A stretch of DNA of 36,664 nt. Source: Hyphomicrobiaceae bacterium. GTDB lineage: Bacteria > Pseudomonadota > Alphaproteobacteria > Rhizobiales > Hyphomicrobiaceae. The position numbers and the translations under genes were made by a program. Under the pieces are notes generated by a model. That model was not told where the DNA came from and made no database searches. It saw nothing but the letters and a program-made list of their open reading frames with translations. Positions 35,544 through 36,664 of the stretch are shown here, one piece after another (position 1 is the stretch's first letter; each line of letters starts with the position of its first letter). The stretch is from NCBI GenBank assembly GCA_025359005.1, contig JANYHP010000425.1, positions 1 through 36,664 of the forward strand. The letters run 5' to 3'.

Positions 35544-35740
35544 ACTCGTTCTCCTCTTGGGTCCGGTGTCGGACTCTTGAGCGGATGAGTTGGAATGTAA
35601 GTGATCACTTCGCATTGCACAATAGCGCGAGGGCCGCACCCTGCCCAATAAACAAGCATATGAAATCATTTCAATTTAATGACAATTAACGATGCATGAA
35701 CATCGCCGGTTCACAGCTCGCGCAAAGGCCGTTTTCTGGT

Positions 35741-36589
35741 TTATGCCGCAGATGCGAAGTCGGGCACACCTGGCCAGAAAACGCGCCCGGCAACCGTGAC
35801 TTTCACGGGATCTCCGGTGGTCAGCAGCCGCGGTCCGGTCGCTCGCCCAGTGGGTGCGGCATAGTGGGGGCGTCGGCTCAAATAGTCCTCGAAGCTGTCA
35901 GCCACGATCTCAGGCTGCGACAAAAGACGCGTGAACGATGGCAGATGGCGACGGAACAGGTGCTCGACCAGCGGATAATGAGTACAGCCCAGGATAGCGC
36001 GATGCGGCGGCTGGCCACCAGTCTGGGCAAGCAGGCCGTCGACGCCCCGTTTGACCAGAGCCTCCAACTCGCTCTCGGGCCGCGCCGCCTCGATGGCGCC
36101 AGCCAGATCGGCGCAGATCTGCTGCACCACGGTTGCACGCGGACAACGCTTGCGGATCTCTTCCGGGTAAACGAACGACGTGATCGTTCGCGTCGTGCCG
36201 AAAACGGCAATGACGTCGGTGTTATATTTTTGCGGGTATTGCGGTGCGGAGACAGCCCATGGCGTCTGGGTCGCCGCTTCAACTGTCGGCGCCACGATAC
36301 CGAGCACGTTGCGCGCCTCCCAACCCGATTTCGGCAGCCAATCTTGCTGCAGCGTCCTGGCCGCAACGCAGGTAGCGGTATTGCAGCCGAGCAGCACCAA
36401 GCGCGCGCCTGCGCCAAACAACGTCTCGACGCCCGCCCTCGTCAGGTCGACTACTTCCTCCGAGGGGCGATTGCCATAAGGCGCGTTGGCATGATCACCG
36501 AGATACACAAATCCGATCCCGGGAAACCGGTCAGCAAGTGCCCGGTACACGGTGAGCCCGCCATGCCCTGAATCAAAAACCCCGATCAT
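35741..36589 (-). CDS. murI: Glutamate racemase
   Basis: MIGVFDSGHGGLTV, D.ANAPYG, and catalytic GCNTA and LGCTHYP. Start at ATG 36589. Confidence 0.95.
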   Translation of the reverse strand: MIGVFDSGHGGLTVYRALADRFPGIGFVYLGDHANAPYGNRPSEEVVDLTRAGVETLFGAGARLVLLGCNTATCVAARTLQQDWLPKSGWEARNVLGIVAPTVEAATQTPWAVSAPQYPQKYNTDVIAVFGTTRTITSFVYPEEIRKRCPRATVVQQICADLAGAIEAARPESELEALVKRGVDGLLAQTGGQPPHRAILGCTHYPLVEHLFRRHLPSFTRLLSQPEIVADSFEDYLSRRPHYAAPTGRATGPRLLTTGDPVKVTVAGRVFWPGVPDFASAA

Positions 36590-36664
36590 GCCCGCAGCGT
36601 TGCCATGCGTTCGCGGCAGGCGCAAGGCAACGGCACCCGGGCAAAATCAAATACGACGCAAAGC

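Overview
GC-rich chromosomal window from an alphaproteobacterium. Gene content and intergenic repeats suggest Hyphomicrobiales, possibly Hyphomicrobiaceae-like (inference). It holds about 32 plausible CDSs and no rRNA, tRNA, CRISPR array, transposase or integrase. Housekeeping and envelope genes include ruvC-ruvA, an RluD-type pseudouridine synthase, a YfgM-like TPR protein plus a BamB-like beta-propeller lipoprotein, an MltB-type transglycosylase, murI, a YbdK-type ligase, an orphan ParA, TRAP dctQM and a NitT/TauT ABC transporter. The most notable feature is a compact minus-strand alginate-type locus at 14254-21152: alg44-like (PilZ + membrane-fusion protein), alg8-like (GT2 synthase), algD (GDP-mannose 6-dehydrogenase) and a DUF4114/RTX-repeat protein. 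The order is rearranged relative to Pseudomonas, and no algK/E/G/X/L/I/J/F/A is present in the window. The algD leader contains a candidate multi-stem RNA. Other leads are a secreted triple DUF2541-like repeat protein, a stand-alone papain/C39-like protein, an Ldh_2 gene with atypical codon usage where der usually lies, and several REP/RIME-like palindromes. All family calls come from recognising motifs by eye; no database search was run.
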